Shown: positions 30,354-41,598 of the stretch, one piece after another
Position numbering within the stretch: the stretch's first letter is position 1
Layout: the number at the start of each line of letters is the position of its first letter
Virus record (IMG/VR): IMGVR_UViG_3300044624_002142
Span: 32,001-96,000 of that record
Source of the DNA: a virus
Length of the DNA stretch: 64,000 bases
Direction: 5' to 3' (one strand)
Translations under genes and position numbers: made by a program
The notes under the pieces: generated by a model
Database searches by the model: none
The model's input: only the letters and a program-made list of their open reading frames with translations
Told to the model about the DNA's origin: nothing

Positions 30354-31613
30354 ATGAAATACACTGAAAAAGTTAAAAGTTGTAGAGTATCAAATGACCC
30401 ATTGGTTTCATTGTTTACTTTAGGCGATTTGTTTATATCAAACTTTCTCAAGGACCAACCATCGGATGACTATAGGTCGGAAATGAAATTGATGTATTCT
30501 CCTACATCAAAGTTGGTTCAGTTGGAACAAGGCGCAGATCCTAACAAAATGTATGGCCAATATTGGTACCGTTCCGGTACGAATCAGACGATGCGTAATC
30601 AACTTAAGAACGTGGTTGATAGTTGTATGATGGTTCATACTCCAACTGATAATCCACTATGGTTAGATATTGCGTGTAATGATGGAACATTGTTGAGTTA
30701 TGTACCATCACCATATTCACGTTTGGGTATTGATCCCGCCGACGATTCTTATACCAAAGAAAGTGTTAAATTTGCTGATCAAGTAGTTCAGGAGTATTTT
30801 TCAAAGAATACGTTTGATCGAAGTATTTTTAAAGGACGAAAGTGTGATGTGATTACATGTATCGCAATGTTTTATGATCTTCCGGATCCAGTTGCTTTTC
30901 TAAATGATGTATATGATGTGTTACACGATGAAGGTTTGTTTGTAGTACAAATGAGTTATACGCCGTTGATGGTTCAACAAATGGCATTTGACAATATTTG
31001 TCATGAACATTTGATGTATTACTCGTTACATTCATTTAAACATGTTATAGAAAAAGCCAAGTTTAAGATTGTAGATTGTGAGTTGAATGATGTTAATGGT
31101 GGATCTTTCCGAGTATACTTACAGAAAGATATTGCTAAGGTTACATCATTTGCAACTGCTCCATACCGTGATGTTGCACGTTATCGTATTAACTCTACTT
31201 TGGAGTATGAAAACAAGATTGGAGCAAATACAGTTGAGTTTTATATGAATTTCTATAAGAAACTTCAGGAGTTGAAGGAAAAAACATATAACTTTATCAA
31301 ACAAGAAAAAGAAAAGGGTAAGAGCATTTGGGTCTATGGCGCATCAACCAAGGGAAATACTCTTCTTCAATATTTTGGATTGGATAAGACTTTGATTGAT
31401 GGTGCAGCAGAACGTAGTCCATATAAGTTTGGACTAAAGACTGTGGGAACTGATATTACAATTTATTCCGAACAAGATATGAGAAAGGCTAACCCAGATT
31501 ATCTTTTGATATTGCCATGGCATTTCATTGATGAATTCAAGAGACGTGAGGCTCCATATCTAATGAGTGGAGGTCATTTTATTGTACCTTGTCCTGTATT
31601 TGAAATTGTATGA
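30354..31613 (+). CDS. NDP-hexose C-methyltransferase
   Basis: 'YWYRSG', 'LDIACNDGTLL', 'FDNICHEHLMYYS', 'NGGSFR', 'YGASTKGNTLLQY', 'PDYLLILPWHF'. Confidence 0.88.
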   Translation: MKYTEKVKSCRVSNDPLVSLFTLGDLFISNFLKDQPSDDYRSEMKLMYSPTSKLVQLEQGADPNKMYGQYWYRSGTNQTMRNQLKNVVDSCMMVHTPTDNPLWLDIACNDGTLLSYVPSPYSRLGIDPADDSYTKESVKFADQVVQEYFSKNTFDRSIFKGRKCDVITCIAMFYDLPDPVAFLNDVYDVLHDEGLFVVQMSYTPLMVQQMAFDNICHEHLMYYSLHSFKHVIEKAKFKIVDCELNDVNGGSFRVYLQKDIAKVTSFATAPYRDVARYRINSTLEYENKIGANTVEFYMNFYKKLQELKEKTYNFIKQEKEKGKSIWVYGASTKGNTLLQYFGLDKTLIDGAAERSPYKFGLKTVGTDITIYSEQDMRKANPDYLLILPWHFIDEFKRREAPYLMSGGHFIVPCPVFEIV

Positions 31614-32572
31614 CTAAAAAAAACATATTAGTCACAGGTGGATGTGGTTTTATTGGATCACATTTTGTTGAAAAGTTAATAAACAACCCAGACATTGGGT
31701 GTATTGTTAATTTTGATAAAATGACATATGCTGCTAATCGTGAATTGGAATTTCATAAAGACGAACGATACAAACATTACATTGTTGATATCAACGACAG
31801 TGTTGCTGTTTATAATGCGTTAAAGGAACATCAAATTACACATGTAGTACACTTTGCTGCTGAAAGTCACGTTGATAATTCAATTTACTCTCCTGATGCT
31901 TTCGTTGAAACAAACGTTGTTGGGACATTTAATTTGATGAAAGCTGCATTTGATTATGATAAACTTGAAAAGTTTATTCATATTTCAACTGATGAAGTAT
32001 ATGGATCTTTGAATACAAAAGAATCTGCGTTTACTGTGGATAGTCCATATAGACCCAACAGTCCATATTCTGCTACAAAGGCTGGAAGTGATTTGTTGGT
32101 TCGTAGTTATTATCATACATACAAGTTTCCAACCATCATTACAAATTGTAGCAATAATTTTGGACCAAGACAACACTTTGAAAAGTTGATTCCAACGTGT
32201 ATTAGAAAGTTGAAAAACAATGAATCAATTCCAGTTTATGGAAATGGGTCCAATATACGTGATTGGATTTACGTTAAAGATCATGTAAATTGTATTTGGA
32301 ATGTTCTTGAAAACGGAGATGTTGGAAATCAATACTTGATTGGCGGAAATAATGAAATGACCAATCTTGAATTGATTGAAAACATTAAGATTGCATATGA
32401 AGAAGTTACTAATACAAAAGTAGATTATGATTACATTCAATATGTAACAGATCGTAAAGGTCACGATTTACGTTATGCCATTGATATGTTTGACTATGAA
32501 CAAAAGTTTGGTAAATTACAATATTATAACTTTACAGAATCATTGAAACAGACTATTATCAGTTATCTATGA
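31610..32572 (+). CDS. rmlB: dTDP-glucose 4,6-dehydratase
   Basis: '[10 protein letters not shown]', '[10 protein letters not shown]', 'STDEVYG', 'PYSATKA', 'RDWIYVKDH', '[10 protein letters not shown]'. Confidence 0.95.
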   Translation: MTKKNILVTGGCGFIGSHFVEKLINNPDIGCIVNFDKMTYAANRELEFHKDERYKHYIVDINDSVAVYNALKEHQITHVVHFAAESHVDNSIYSPDAFVETNVVGTFNLMKAAFDYDKLEKFIHISTDEVYGSLNTKESAFTVDSPYRPNSPYSATKAGSDLLVRSYYHTYKFPTIITNCSNNFGPRQHFEKLIPTCIRKLKNNESIPVYGNGSNIRDWIYVKDHVNCIWNVLENGDVGNQYLIGGNNEMTNLELIENIKIAYEEVTNTKVDYDYIQYVTDRKGHDLRYAIDMFDYEQKFGKLQYYNFTESLKQTIISYL

Positions 32573-33894
32573 GTGAATTTTTTGAAACGACGTGGGACGA
32601 AAAGGAATATAAACACAAAATTTTGGTTTGGCCTAATATCACATACTCTGATGATCTTGAAAAGGATTCATATGTAATTGTATTATCCAATATTATTCGT
32701 AGTTTAAATTCGATACGGAATGATATATTCTGGACTATTGTTACACCCGGCCCCGTTAAATTGCTACAACATGAAAATACTGAACAGATCTTTTATAAAT
32801 TGCCTACGTATCCGAATTCAATGCGAATTCATTTTGATGTGGCTAAAGTGGCAGATATTCTTGATTTATATAACCAAGACTATGATGTAATTTATTCACA
32901 TCTTCCCGAACATACTCTTCAACTTTCAAATTTTGTGTACAACAATGCTGGTATTAAGCCAAAGATTGTTGGATATTGTCATTGGTATGAAGTGGCTGAA
33001 AATACTGGATATCCTAAGAATGTATTTGATTTGAATGTTTTGGGAACTCTTGAAATGGAACAATGTGGAGTAAACTCACAATGGCTTAAAAATCTGGTTC
33101 TTGAAAGAGCTGAAGAACGATTTAATATTTCGGTTGTAAAGAAGCTGAATCAGATAATTCAACCTCATTATCTTGGCACCGATAGTGACTTTGACGGATT
33201 GAGTCTAATTAACAAATCTATTTTCTTCAATCATCGTCCAAATGAATATACTGGATGGAATGACTTTTTGAAAGTTATGGACAAGTTGTATGAAAAACGT
33301 CAGGATTTTACTGTATATGTAACATTGGCAGATGAATGTCGTCCATATATCAAGAGAGTCGAATTGGAACGTAACAAATACTATGACTTCATCAAACAAA
33401 TGCATGTGGGTGTGGGATACTTTCAAACATATTCCGCGTGGTCATTGTCAGTTACAGATGGTTTGAGTCGTGGCCTACCTTATTTGTTGCCAAAGAAATT
33501 GTGTTACCCAGAAATGGTTGGTCATGATTATCCATTATTTTATGAAAACGAAGCTGAGTTTTTGAATAAGTTAGAAGCAGCTTTGGATGACAAGTCATTC
33601 AAGAACAATTATTTGCCACTTTTGAAGAAGATTGTAAATGATCTTCAGTGGAAGAATACCGTGAGTTCTTGGTTTAATAACTGGGACATTCTCAATGAGT
33701 ATGAAGGAATTAAACGTAGCAAATCGTATACTGATATTGTAAATTACATTAAGTCAAAACGTAGTGTATCAAAGAGAGAAATCTTGAATCATCTCAACTG
33801 GGGACGACAAATATCATTTACGCCATATCGTAATGCACTAAGAGAAGATCCCAGAATTATATTGACCAAAGACAGGTATATTTACAAGGGATAA
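32569..33894 (+). CDS. GT-B glycosyltransferase with possible C-terminal winged-helix
   Basis: '[11 protein letters not shown]', 'FFNHR', '[23 protein letters not shown]'; basic C-terminal ~60 aa. Confidence 0.7.
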   Translation: MSEFFETTWDEKEYKHKILVWPNITYSDDLEKDSYVIVLSNIIRSLNSIRNDIFWTIVTPGPVKLLQHENTEQIFYKLPTYPNSMRIHFDVAKVADILDLYNQDYDVIYSHLPEHTLQLSNFVYNNAGIKPKIVGYCHWYEVAENTGYPKNVFDLNVLGTLEMEQCGVNSQWLKNLVLERAEERFNISVVKKLNQIIQPHYLGTDSDFDGLSLINKSIFFNHRPNEYTGWNDFLKVMDKLYEKRQDFTVYVTLADECRPYIKRVELERNKYYDFIKQMHVGVGYFQTYSAWSLSVTDGLSRGLPYLLPKKLCYPEMVGHDYPLFYENEAEFLNKLEAALDDKSFKNNYLPLLKKIVNDLQWKNTVSSWFNNWDILNEYEGIKRSKSYTDIVNYIKSKRSVSKREILNHLNWGRQISFTPYRNALREDPRIILTKDRYIYKG

Positions 33895-34181
33895 AACTCT
33901 TTGATAATTGACTGATTGTTTTGAATGAATTTTAAGTGTTGATCATTCAATGATGTTTTGAATAGGTTAATATTATTCAACACGTCTGTATTTACCAATG
34001 TTCTATAACGGCTTTCACATTCTAGTTTAAGCCGTTGTTTTTCACTGTTGCGGCAACTACAAGTATTTTTAAACCGTTCAACCAAAAAAATAAATTCTGA
34101 TAAACTGGAAATTGTTTGCGTTATATTTGGATGAGTTTTAAGTAGAGTATAAAACTCAGTAAAATTTTGAATGGTCACCAT
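33882..34181 (-). CDS. Hypothetical protein
   Basis: 99-aa ORF with 'CSC' motif; ends the minus-strand block. Confidence 0.55.
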   Translation of the reverse strand: MVTIQNFTEFYTLLKTHPNITQTISSLSEFIFLVERFKNTCSCRNSEKQRLKLECESRYRTLVNTDVLNNINLFKTSLNDQHLKFIQNNQSIIKEFYPL

Positions 34182-34182
34182 A

Positions 34183-34527
34183 TTATCTAAAAAATTGTTT
34201 TACTATTTGTAGATATATAACAAGAGTTGCCACATAAATTACTGGAAAAATATAAATAGTATATAAAAATAGTGAGACTGTTAGTGTAAACCAAAAACCA
34301 ATACACCATGGACAGTTAATTAGTTTTGTAAAAAAGTTTGGATATGACGATTTTAACCACGGTAAATACTCCAATGTAAAATCTTTGTTGTGTGCTGTTT
34401 CAAATTCATTTATCTTTAGAATTTTAGATAGTTTGAATAACTTTCCGTATTCAATAAATGCTTCAGTATGAAACCATACAATTAAAAATGCCACGCCCAT
34501 GAAAATTGAGTTTAATAAGTCTATCAT
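34183..34527 (-). CDS. DUF1360-like membrane protein
   Basis: 'KLINCPWCIGFW' between transmembrane segments. Confidence 0.6.
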   Translation of the reverse strand: MIDLLNSIFMGVAFLIVWFHTEAFIEYGKLFKLSKILKINEFETAHNKDFTLEYLPWLKSSYPNFFTKLINCPWCIGFWFTLTVSLFLYTIYIFPVIYVATLVIYLQIVKQFFR

Positions 34528-35429
34528 ATTGATTTGAATGAGTATTGGTTTTTGTTAACAAAGTCTCTCAGGCAGTCGCCTAACGCTGCCTCTGCATTGC
34601 TCTTAAAGTTGTTTCTGTCTTCAAAATATGTAATGTAGTTTTTATATGGATTGTGTCTCAATAAATAGTTCTCAGCTACAATAATATTCTCCATCAAGTA
34701 TTGTTGAAAATCTACTCTATTGAGTTTCATTATTTGAGCCGCAAACATAACATAGGTATCATCAACACCATACGGTCCCAGAACGTCTGGAATATCCGTA
34801 AACGTCAACAGATTGGAACTTATAAGGTTAAACCACCCACCACCAAATTTGGTAGGATCACAGTTAATTAAGTTGACATTACCACTATATGACTTACGGT
34901 TAACTTCAAAATATGGATTGATAATGCGTTCACTTCCATATTTGTTGTTAATAAATTGGTGATTTACTAAATGATCCCACGTTTGATCCCAAATCTTGGT
35001 GATCTGAGGTGAAATAATATAATATTTGTTCTTTACCTGAGTAGCACAGTGTATCGAATATGACAAAGTTGCTGGAGGGAATACCAAGTCTGAATCCAAG
35101 TATATAAATGCGTCTACATCTTTACCGTATTTACGTATGCTATTACGACGTTTGTCGTTGATACCTCTACAGGTACCATGATCATCTATATCAAAGATAT
35201 AGTTTCTTGCCCAACTGGTGTGAGTAACATACTTTGACAACGATGTGAACTTCTCAATAAAGAAATCTTTTGGAATTTTTGTTTTATTCCAATCAACGGT
35301 GTTCAAATTCAATGTAACATCCAAGATGACTTCATGTGAATCAATCAGTTCTTGACTCAATACGGTTAACTGACGTTCAAATTCATCCAATTCGTGGGGA
35401 AGAAGGTGTGTAACAATTTGTACTTTCAT
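34524..35429 (-). CDS. GT-A fold glycosyltransferase
   Basis: 'IYLDSD' DxD, 'GGGWFN', 'YGVDDT'. Confidence 0.7.
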   Translation of the reverse strand: MKVQIVTHLLPHELDEFERQLTVLSQELIDSHEVILDVTLNLNTVDWNKTKIPKDFFIEKFTSLSKYVTHTSWARNYIFDIDDHGTCRGINDKRRNSIRKYGKDVDAFIYLDSDLVFPPATLSYSIHCATQVKNKYYIISPQITKIWDQTWDHLVNHQFINNKYGSERIINPYFEVNRKSYSGNVNLINCDPTKFGGGWFNLISSNLLTFTDIPDVLGPYGVDDTYVMFAAQIMKLNRVDFQQYLMENIIVAENYLLRHNPYKNYITYFEDRNNFKSNAEAALGDCLRDFVNKNQYSFKSI

Positions 35430-35451
35430 AGTTTTACAGGTGTGTGATTAC

Positions 35452-36399
35452 TTACTGTGAGATAATTTGATTAACCACGTTCATATATTGTTTTACGACG
35501 TTTTCCCATGCAAATTTTGTGATTCCATATTCACGAATTGCGTCACGGTGTAACAAAGATTGTTGTCTATTTGTTTCAATTACACCTCGGATATAATTCA
35601 AATCATAAATTTTATTTTCTGGTACTACACTAATATATGGTTTTGACAAATCCAAATTGGCAATAGAACATTCTGAAATAACCACACCTAAACCTGCAAT
35701 CAACGCTTCTTTAGTTACAAGTGGATCTGCTTCACCGTCACTTAACAATATTAAGTTGGCATAATTGGTGAGATTGTCATACAATGTAGACTTATCCCAT
35801 TCTCCAATATAGTTTGGACGAGAGAAATTAAATCGGTTATCATCTTTATTACCAATAAAGTCAATGTTATTGATGTTTTGATACATCCACTGACGTTTTC
35901 TATCTGTAATTTTAGCGAGATAAACACTCTTTTCGGGTTTAGATGGCGTTGATGTATATCGGAACATGTCTTGTCTTGCACCGTTACACACTACGTACAA
36001 TCTATTTTCATTGGCACCATATTGTTTATACACGTTTTTGATACCTTCTGACAAACAGATGACGTTGAAGTCTCCACGAAGGAATGCGTCAAAGATTCGA
36101 GCATATCCGCCGTAACGATGTGGTTGTTCTAGGTAGCCATAATGGGTGGTTGCTGCTTTGTGTTTACATTTGATATACGGCAACACATCAAACAAGTCGT
36201 CGTATTGAAGATGTACAAAGTCAGGATTATATTGATTAACTTGATCAATAATCTCTTGACGATTTTGTGTGTTGACAATTTGTACATCGTGACCAAGTTT
36301 TTTTAATTCGATGTTATAATCCCATATCAGAGATTCTACAGCACCCCATCCTTTAGGAGGAATGGGCATAATTCCGGGTCCAATAATTGAAATTTTCAT
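35452..36399 (-). CDS. GT4-like glycosyltransferase
   Basis: 'PIPPKGWGAVE', 'RKRQ', 'EADPLVTKEALIAG'. Confidence 0.85.
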   Translation of the reverse strand: MKISIIGPGIMPIPPKGWGAVESLIWDYNIELKKLGHDVQIVNTQNRQEIIDQVNQYNPDFVHLQYDDLFDVLPYIKCKHKAATTHYGYLEQPHRYGGYARIFDAFLRGDFNVICLSEGIKNVYKQYGANENRLYVVCNGARQDMFRYTSTPSKPEKSVYLAKITDRKRQWMYQNINNIDFIGNKDDNRFNFSRPNYIGEWDKSTLYDNLTNYANLILLSDGEADPLVTKEALIAGLGVVISECSIANLDLSKPYISVVPENKIYDLNYIRGVIETNRQQSLLHRDAIREYGITKFAWENVVKQYMNVVNQIISQ

Positions 36400-37016
36400 A
36401 TATAAATGTCACAGTCGTTAATTCTTATATCAAACTTATAACCTCTCTCGGTCATATATTCACGATATGAGTTTTCATTAAAGATATTTTCTAACATAAC
36501 TACTTTTGGTTTGAGTAAACAAAGTCCTTTCATGACTTCTATCTCCCAACCTTCAGTATCAACTGAAAGAATATCGAGTTGTTCGATATTCGCTTCTTTA
36601 ATTATTGTATCTAAACGACGTTGTTTAACTTTAATTTGGGTTTTATTTAATTTATTTACCCATCCATTCGATATTGACTGGTATGATTCTTTGATTTTTA
36701 ATGATGAAAATGCGTGATCGGTAACACTACCACCAGTGATGTGAACAATCGTAAAATCTACATTATCTTCATCAGTTTCAGACGCTGCGTATTCATATAT
36801 TTCATTTCCAATATCACGATGCATTTTAGCAAATGTCGGATTTGGTTCTACAATAACAGTTCTCCATTTGTTTAATGTAAAGTGACGAGATACAGATATA
36901 AACTCAGGAGTTGCACCACCGACTTCAATCATAGTACCCTTGTAACTATAATCAGGAAAGTATTTTACTCTTAAAAATTGATCTTCTTTATGTTCTGCAA
37001 AAAATGATTCGTTCAT
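36396..37016 (-). CDS. FkbM-family methyltransferase
   Basis: 'IEVGG','VEPNP','RRLDTI','LSVDTEGWEIEVMKG'. Confidence 0.88.
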   Translation of the reverse strand: MNESFFAEHKEDQFLRVKYFPDYSYKGTMIEVGGATPEFISVSRHFTLNKWRTVIVEPNPTFAKMHRDIGNEIYEYAASETDEDNVDFTIVHITGGSVTDHAFSSLKIKESYQSISNGWVNKLNKTQIKVKQRRLDTIIKEANIEQLDILSVDTEGWEIEVMKGLCLLKPKVVMLENIFNENSYREYMTERGYKFDIRINDCDIYI

Positions 37017-37051
37017 ATAACTATTTTTTATTATCTGTTGTAAATTATATT

Positions 37052-37828
37052 TTAATGTATTTTAAATTGGTTTTTGTCAGTTCTATGAGTGAACAATAAT
37101 TTCCAAAATCTTAACAGTTCGTCATGATAATGACGACCCATTTCATTCATAATTTGTTTTTCAGTAGCACAATTTCCATATTTTTCTGGCCATTGACTTT
37201 TTGCAAGTTCATGATCCCATGACATTGATTTTGGATGAAATCTTTCTAATAGATATTGATAAACCGATATAGGACGTTGATATATTAATTTTTTTGAAAC
37301 GCTGAATGTTGGACCATGATCGTTGGTATATATTTTTCCCGGAAAACTACCTTTACCAAATATATGATTGTACCAATCGATATTTGAATCAGAATTAGAT
37401 TTGTACCATCCTTTACGAACGCCTTTGACATTATTAATGTTTACATCGATACATAACTTTTCTGGGACCGTACCATCGTGCCAATTATAACATCTTGAAT
37501 CTCTCCCTATTTCTATATAATCATATTCGACGCAATTTTTTATTATATACGAAAAATCAAATCTAGGCGGTGGATTATACCAGTGAATTTTTGTAAAAAC
37601 AGTTACATCATTCAATGTATAGTAGTTGTTGATAATGTGTAACAAAAATGCATAATCACAACGTCCAATATTTGGAATATTAATATAACCATCCTTGACA
37701 AATGATTCGTCTATGTTTAAATCGTCGTTCTTTTTATAAATTATTAAATTACAGTTTTCAACATAATTTTTCCAAGTGAGGTTGTGAATGTCATTATAAA
37801 AAGAAGTTACTACATCTATTTTTTTCAT
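37052..37828 (-). CDS. DUF3431-like putative glycosyltransferase
   Basis: 'IPNIGRCDYAFLLHIINNY', 'FSVSKKLIYQRP..Y', 'RFWKLLF'. Confidence 0.65.
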   Translation of the reverse strand: MKKIDVVTSFYNDIHNLTWKNYVENCNLIIYKKNDDLNIDESFVKDGYINIPNIGRCDYAFLLHIINNYYTLNDVTVFTKIHWYNPPPRFDFSYIIKNCVEYDYIEIGRDSRCYNWHDGTVPEKLCIDVNINNVKGVRKGWYKSNSDSNIDWYNHIFGKGSFPGKIYTNDHGPTFSVSKKLIYQRPISVYQYLLERFHPKSMSWDHELAKSQWPEKYGNCATEKQIMNEMGRHYHDELLRFWKLLFTHRTDKNQFKIH

Positions 37829-38574
37829 ATTAAAGATTTCAATATTGGTAAATGTTTACTGTTCAATCTTACATAAATGTTAAATAAATAGGGATTACGT
37901 TTAAATATATATGCTAATGCAATTTGTTCATTGTTAATCATATTTTGATCCAACATTTCTTCTTGTAAAAATTTAAGTGTTAAATCTGATACTTGAATGA
38001 CATATTCACGTGGCCCACCGAAGAAAGTGCCAACTAAAATACAATCTGATATCCATTTGTAGGTTTCGTCAATTGGAATACGGTTAGTATTCATATTCCC
38101 TTGAATTAAGAACTTTGAGGGTAGTTTATTTGAATTCGGAAACGTTAATGGTAATCCGTCAAAGAATCTGCTGCAACCAGCGTCCATCCAAAAAAAATAG
38201 TCTGAATTAAATGGATTTTCTTCGATGGTACGTTTTAACCATTCAAACTTAGAATATTGAATGACACTGTACATTGGTAATACACATTCAACTCTATTAG
38301 GATCTTTGATTTTTTGTAGATACTCTGAATTTTTTAATATACTTTGAATCATTGTACATTTATTGTACAATGGAATTTGTTTTGTTGTAGTAACAATAAC
38401 TTTAATGTTAGGTTTTTGAGGAATGTAAGGAACTACACCTTGTTCTGTATATATGACATAATTACACGACAATGATAAAGTTTCTGGAAGCCATTTTAGA
38501 TAATCTTGAAATGACCTACCATCACCATTTTTTTCACGATTAATGTCATACAACGCTGTTACGATTGTTGTCAT
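37825..38574 (-). CDS. HtrL/YibB (WlaTC)-family glycosyltransferase
   Basis: 'TIVTALYDINR', 'SKFEWL...NPFNSDYFFWMDAG', 'GTFFGG', 'NNEQI'; start at 38574. Confidence 0.8.
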   Translation of the reverse strand: MTTIVTALYDINREKNGDGRSFQDYLKWLPETLSLSCNYVIYTEQGVVPYIPQKPNIKVIVTTTKQIPLYNKCTMIQSILKNSEYLQKIKDPNRVECVLPMYSVIQYSKFEWLKRTIEENPFNSDYFFWMDAGCSRFFDGLPLTFPNSNKLPSKFLIQGNMNTNRIPIDETYKWISDCILVGTFFGGPREYVIQVSDLTLKFLQEEMLDQNMINNEQIALAYIFKRNPYLFNIYVRLNSKHLPILKSLI

Positions 38575-39292
38575 AGAAATATTTAAATTGATGTACGAGT
38601 GGATGTGATGTTTTTTGCCAATATGGATTTCGATTACATTCAACGATCTCACTATTAAATACTTCTTGTTCTCCTTGCAATGCAAATAAAATTGGGAGAA
38701 TCACATCATGCGCAAAAATAGCGTAAAAAGTTTTTGCAATACGTGGTAAAAAAGTTGGATCTTGTTCCATCACATACTTATGTGATTTCAAAAATGTTTC
38801 ACAATGAATTATTGCGGGAGTTGCTCCCCAACAATCAATATCGATTGCACCCGATGTTTCTTGAAGTATTTTTCTTAGTGTCCATGGTAATCCGACGTTT
38901 ATTCTTGATCCTAACAATTTGGCACCGTCTGGAAAAGACAATTCGCCACGAACAAGAGTATCGGGATCCATCAATAATAAATAATCAGATTGACAATATT
39001 CTATGGCTTGTTTTACACGATTTAAAAAAGCGTTAGTTGCTACTAATATTTTTTCCTGAAAATGATATTCTAAAAAATTTTCGTGAGTTATTTTAGGAAT
39101 GAAATACATTGTATCTTCTACATGATTGATACTAATATGGTTTAATTTAAGTAAATTACTATAATCCGAAGTTTTACTTTCGGTAGTAAGATAAATCTTT
39201 GTTGTCGGATATATTTCTCTAAAAGATTTTAAAGAATATTCTACCGCACGTACTTCATTATAACATGTAACTAAAACTCCAAACATGGTCAT
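38546..39292 (-). CDS. GT2-like glycosyltransferase
   Basis: 'VTCYNE', 'LLMDPD'. Confidence 0.6.
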   Translation of the reverse strand: MTMFGVLVTCYNEVRAVEYSLKSFREIYPTTKIYLTTESKTSDYSNLLKLNHISINHVEDTMYFIPKITHENFLEYHFQEKILVATNAFLNRVKQAIEYCQSDYLLLMDPDTLVRGELSFPDGAKLLGSRINVGLPWTLRKILQETSGAIDIDCWGATPAIIHCETFLKSHKYVMEQDPTFLPRIAKTFYAIFAHDVILPILFALQGEQEVFNSEIVECNRNPYWQKTSHPLVHQFKYFYDNNRNSVV

Positions 39293-39331
39293 ATCACGAT
39301 ATTATGAATAACGTTTTTAAATGAAGTAGTT

Positions 39332-39922
39332 TCATAGATTGGAAATAATATCCTCAGGAAATAAATTATCAAAATAATAATGATTTTTTTCAAGAGATGG
39401 ATGTATCCACCAATCTTCAAATCCAACATTTTCTTCTTTTCTACCATTTTTACCTCTTGGAACTTTTACGTTGGATCCAACCAAATGATATCCCTTAGAC
39501 AATAGAAATTCTCGTTGTCTCTTTTTATATTTATCCCCATATATATAAAAATCGTGTTCTATAGTAATTACATTAAAAGTATAATCGTTGTGGGGAAGAA
39601 TCAAAAGAGCGTCCAAACTTAATTCATCAATATCTAAAGACAAATAATCAATTGTTTTTGGAAAATTTTCTTGTTCAAAAACATTTTTGTAGTTTATCTT
39701 CAATGCGTCTTGATTGATAAATTTACATGTTCTTGAAACATAACTTTGTGTGTATGATGGGTTAATTTCTACACAAATACCTCTCCATCCAAGAGACTCA
39801 AAGAAGTATGTATTGTTGGAGTTAATTGCACCACAACTTCCAATATCTAAGAAATAACCATTACGTTTTCCGTTTAGAATTTTGTGTACAAATTGATCTT
39901 GAAACGCGTCTGATTTAAACAT
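39332..39922 (-). CDS. FkbM-like methyltransferase
   Basis: 'QDQFV','FLDIGS..NSNNT','WRGICVE','IDYLSLDID','ITIEHD','FEDWW'. Confidence 0.85.
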   Translation of the reverse strand: MFKSDAFQDQFVHKILNGKRNGYFLDIGSCGAINSNNTYFFESLGWRGICVEINPSYTQSYVSRTCKFINQDALKINYKNVFEQENFPKTIDYLSLDIDELSLDALLILPHNDYTFNVITIEHDFYIYGDKYKKRQREFLLSKGYHLVGSNVKVPRGKNGRKEENVGFEDWWIHPSLEKNHYYFDNLFPEDIISNL

Positions 39923-39925
39923 AAA

Positions 39926-40888
39926 TTATAAAATTGAAAATAAACTATTGATTCTGTTTATATATGTATGATTTTCTTTTACGTACAACATTGATTTTTT
40001 GATAAAATCATAATTTTTACGATTTTGCATACCTATACTAAAAAGTTCGGTAGGATCGGAATTGTATAAACAATTTCCTTCCATTTCATTGTATATTTCT
40101 TGAGAATTAGTTAATCCAATATGTCCATAACTGACGTTTTTGAATATTCTGCACGTAATTATGCCGGTCTTAACGTGTTCCGGTCCACGAATATCAATAC
40201 CCAACAATGATTTTTGAACAAGTTCTTTTACTTTGTCGTCTGATATTGGATTTTTCCATGGATCGTTGTGATAGAACGTAATGTTATTGTGTTTACATTG
40301 TTGTATAAATGGAAACCAATTACTCATATTTTCACATACGCCTGAATTTGAAAGACTTCCGCAGAAATAAATTGCGTTTTCTCTAGGAAGATAAACATCA
40401 TCAAGATTAAATTCTTGTGGTAATAGATTTGTTGCCCAACTCAAATAAAATTTGTCAAAATCATCAATGGTATAATCAACATAATCGTTTTTGATACGTA
40501 CTTTATCGTTGGTTTTTGGAATAAAATAACATGATGGTCCAACTTTTTGAGTTGTATTTTTGTCAACTGAATATTCATGAATGTGATCTTTGTGATTTTT
40601 TGCTACACATCTAACATCAATATATCGTTTAACACCTGCATCTAAATACTTCTTTGGAGACGGACAATACATCACAAAGTATGTACTTGTATTATTTAGA
40701 GGAATGTTCTGATCAGCAAATCCTTCAGTGATAAAAATACAATTGGAATAGTCAAAATCTTTGGGATAATCTTTGTCATGAAACCAATGTACTTCGTGAC
40801 CCATATGAGACGCTGCTTTGTAGTATGAAGAATGAACATACGAATGAGTATGTGAATAAAGAGGATGACCCCAAATAACTATTTTCAT
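39926..40888 (-). CDS. GT-B glycosyltransferase (CgeB-like)
   Basis: 'HTHSYVH', 'CRIFKNVSYG', 'VKENHTYINR'. Confidence 0.65.
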   Translation of the reverse strand: MKIVIWGHPLYSHTHSYVHSSYYKAASHMGHEVHWFHDKDYPKDFDYSNCIFITEGFADQNIPLNNTSTYFVMYCPSPKKYLDAGVKRYIDVRCVAKNHKDHIHEYSVDKNTTQKVGPSCYFIPKTNDKVRIKNDYVDYTIDDFDKFYLSWATNLLPQEFNLDDVYLPRENAIYFCGSLSNSGVCENMSNWFPFIQQCKHNNITFYHNDPWKNPISDDKVKELVQKSLLGIDIRGPEHVKTGIITCRIFKNVSYGHIGLTNSQEIYNEMEGNCLYNSDPTELFSIGMQNRKNYDFIKKSMLYVKENHTYINRINSLFSIL

Positions 40889-41595
40889 GTGAGTGACGCT
40901 CCTTTAAATCGTGGATATTCCACCATATTTTTATCTTTATGAACCATTAGTTTGTTAACAGGCAAATCCCAATGTTCTGGATATGACATACTAGGACTTA
41001 AAATAGCCGTATCGGTTCGATGATCAACTATAAATTTGTTTAGGTGAGATTCATCATGCCATACTGCAATGATATTGTTTTGAAGATCCGTACTGATGTT
41101 ATTCTTCATTAAATTGACCATATATTCGATGTGACTTCCTTTTGCACCCCATACACATCCTTGAACGTATACACAATTATGTTTTTCTGGAATATATGCG
41201 GTTGAATTAACATTAGTCTCGACTGGCCAGAACTTTTGATTTAAAATCACAGACGGATGACAAACCGCAAAATACTTCTTTTGTCCAACATCAAAATTAC
41301 TCAATGTATCTACAAATTCCATATCACTATCAATATAGAAAATATAATCATATTGAGACAACTCTTTTAAACATTCGGATATAAATTCAAATCGTTTGAG
41401 AGTAATATATGGCCATGGTTCATGATTGATCTTGTACCACTTTATAGAATCATCAAACCAGTCTAATTTTTCATCGGTAAAGAAGTAAAAGTCTTTTTGA
41501 ACATGTGGAATAAAATATTTTTGGATAGAAGTCCACAATGGATGTAGAAACGTTTTATATTTATTTGTGGCCAACGTAATAACGGCAATCTTCAT
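40885..41595 (-). CDS. GT6 (ABO-type) glycosyltransferase
   Basis: 'LATNKY', 'FFTD', 'WPYITLKRF', 'YIDSD', 'WHDESHLNK'. Confidence 0.9.
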   Translation of the reverse strand: MKIAVITLATNKYKTFLHPLWTSIQKYFIPHVQKDFYFFTDEKLDWFDDSIKWYKINHEPWPYITLKRFEFISECLKELSQYDYIFYIDSDMEFVDTLSNFDVGQKKYFAVCHPSVILNQKFWPVETNVNSTAYIPEKHNCVYVQGCVWGAKGSHIEYMVNLMKNNISTDLQNNIIAVWHDESHLNKFIVDHRTDTAILSPSMSYPEHWDLPVNKLMVHKDKNMVEYPRFKGASLT

Positions 41596-41598
41596 AAC

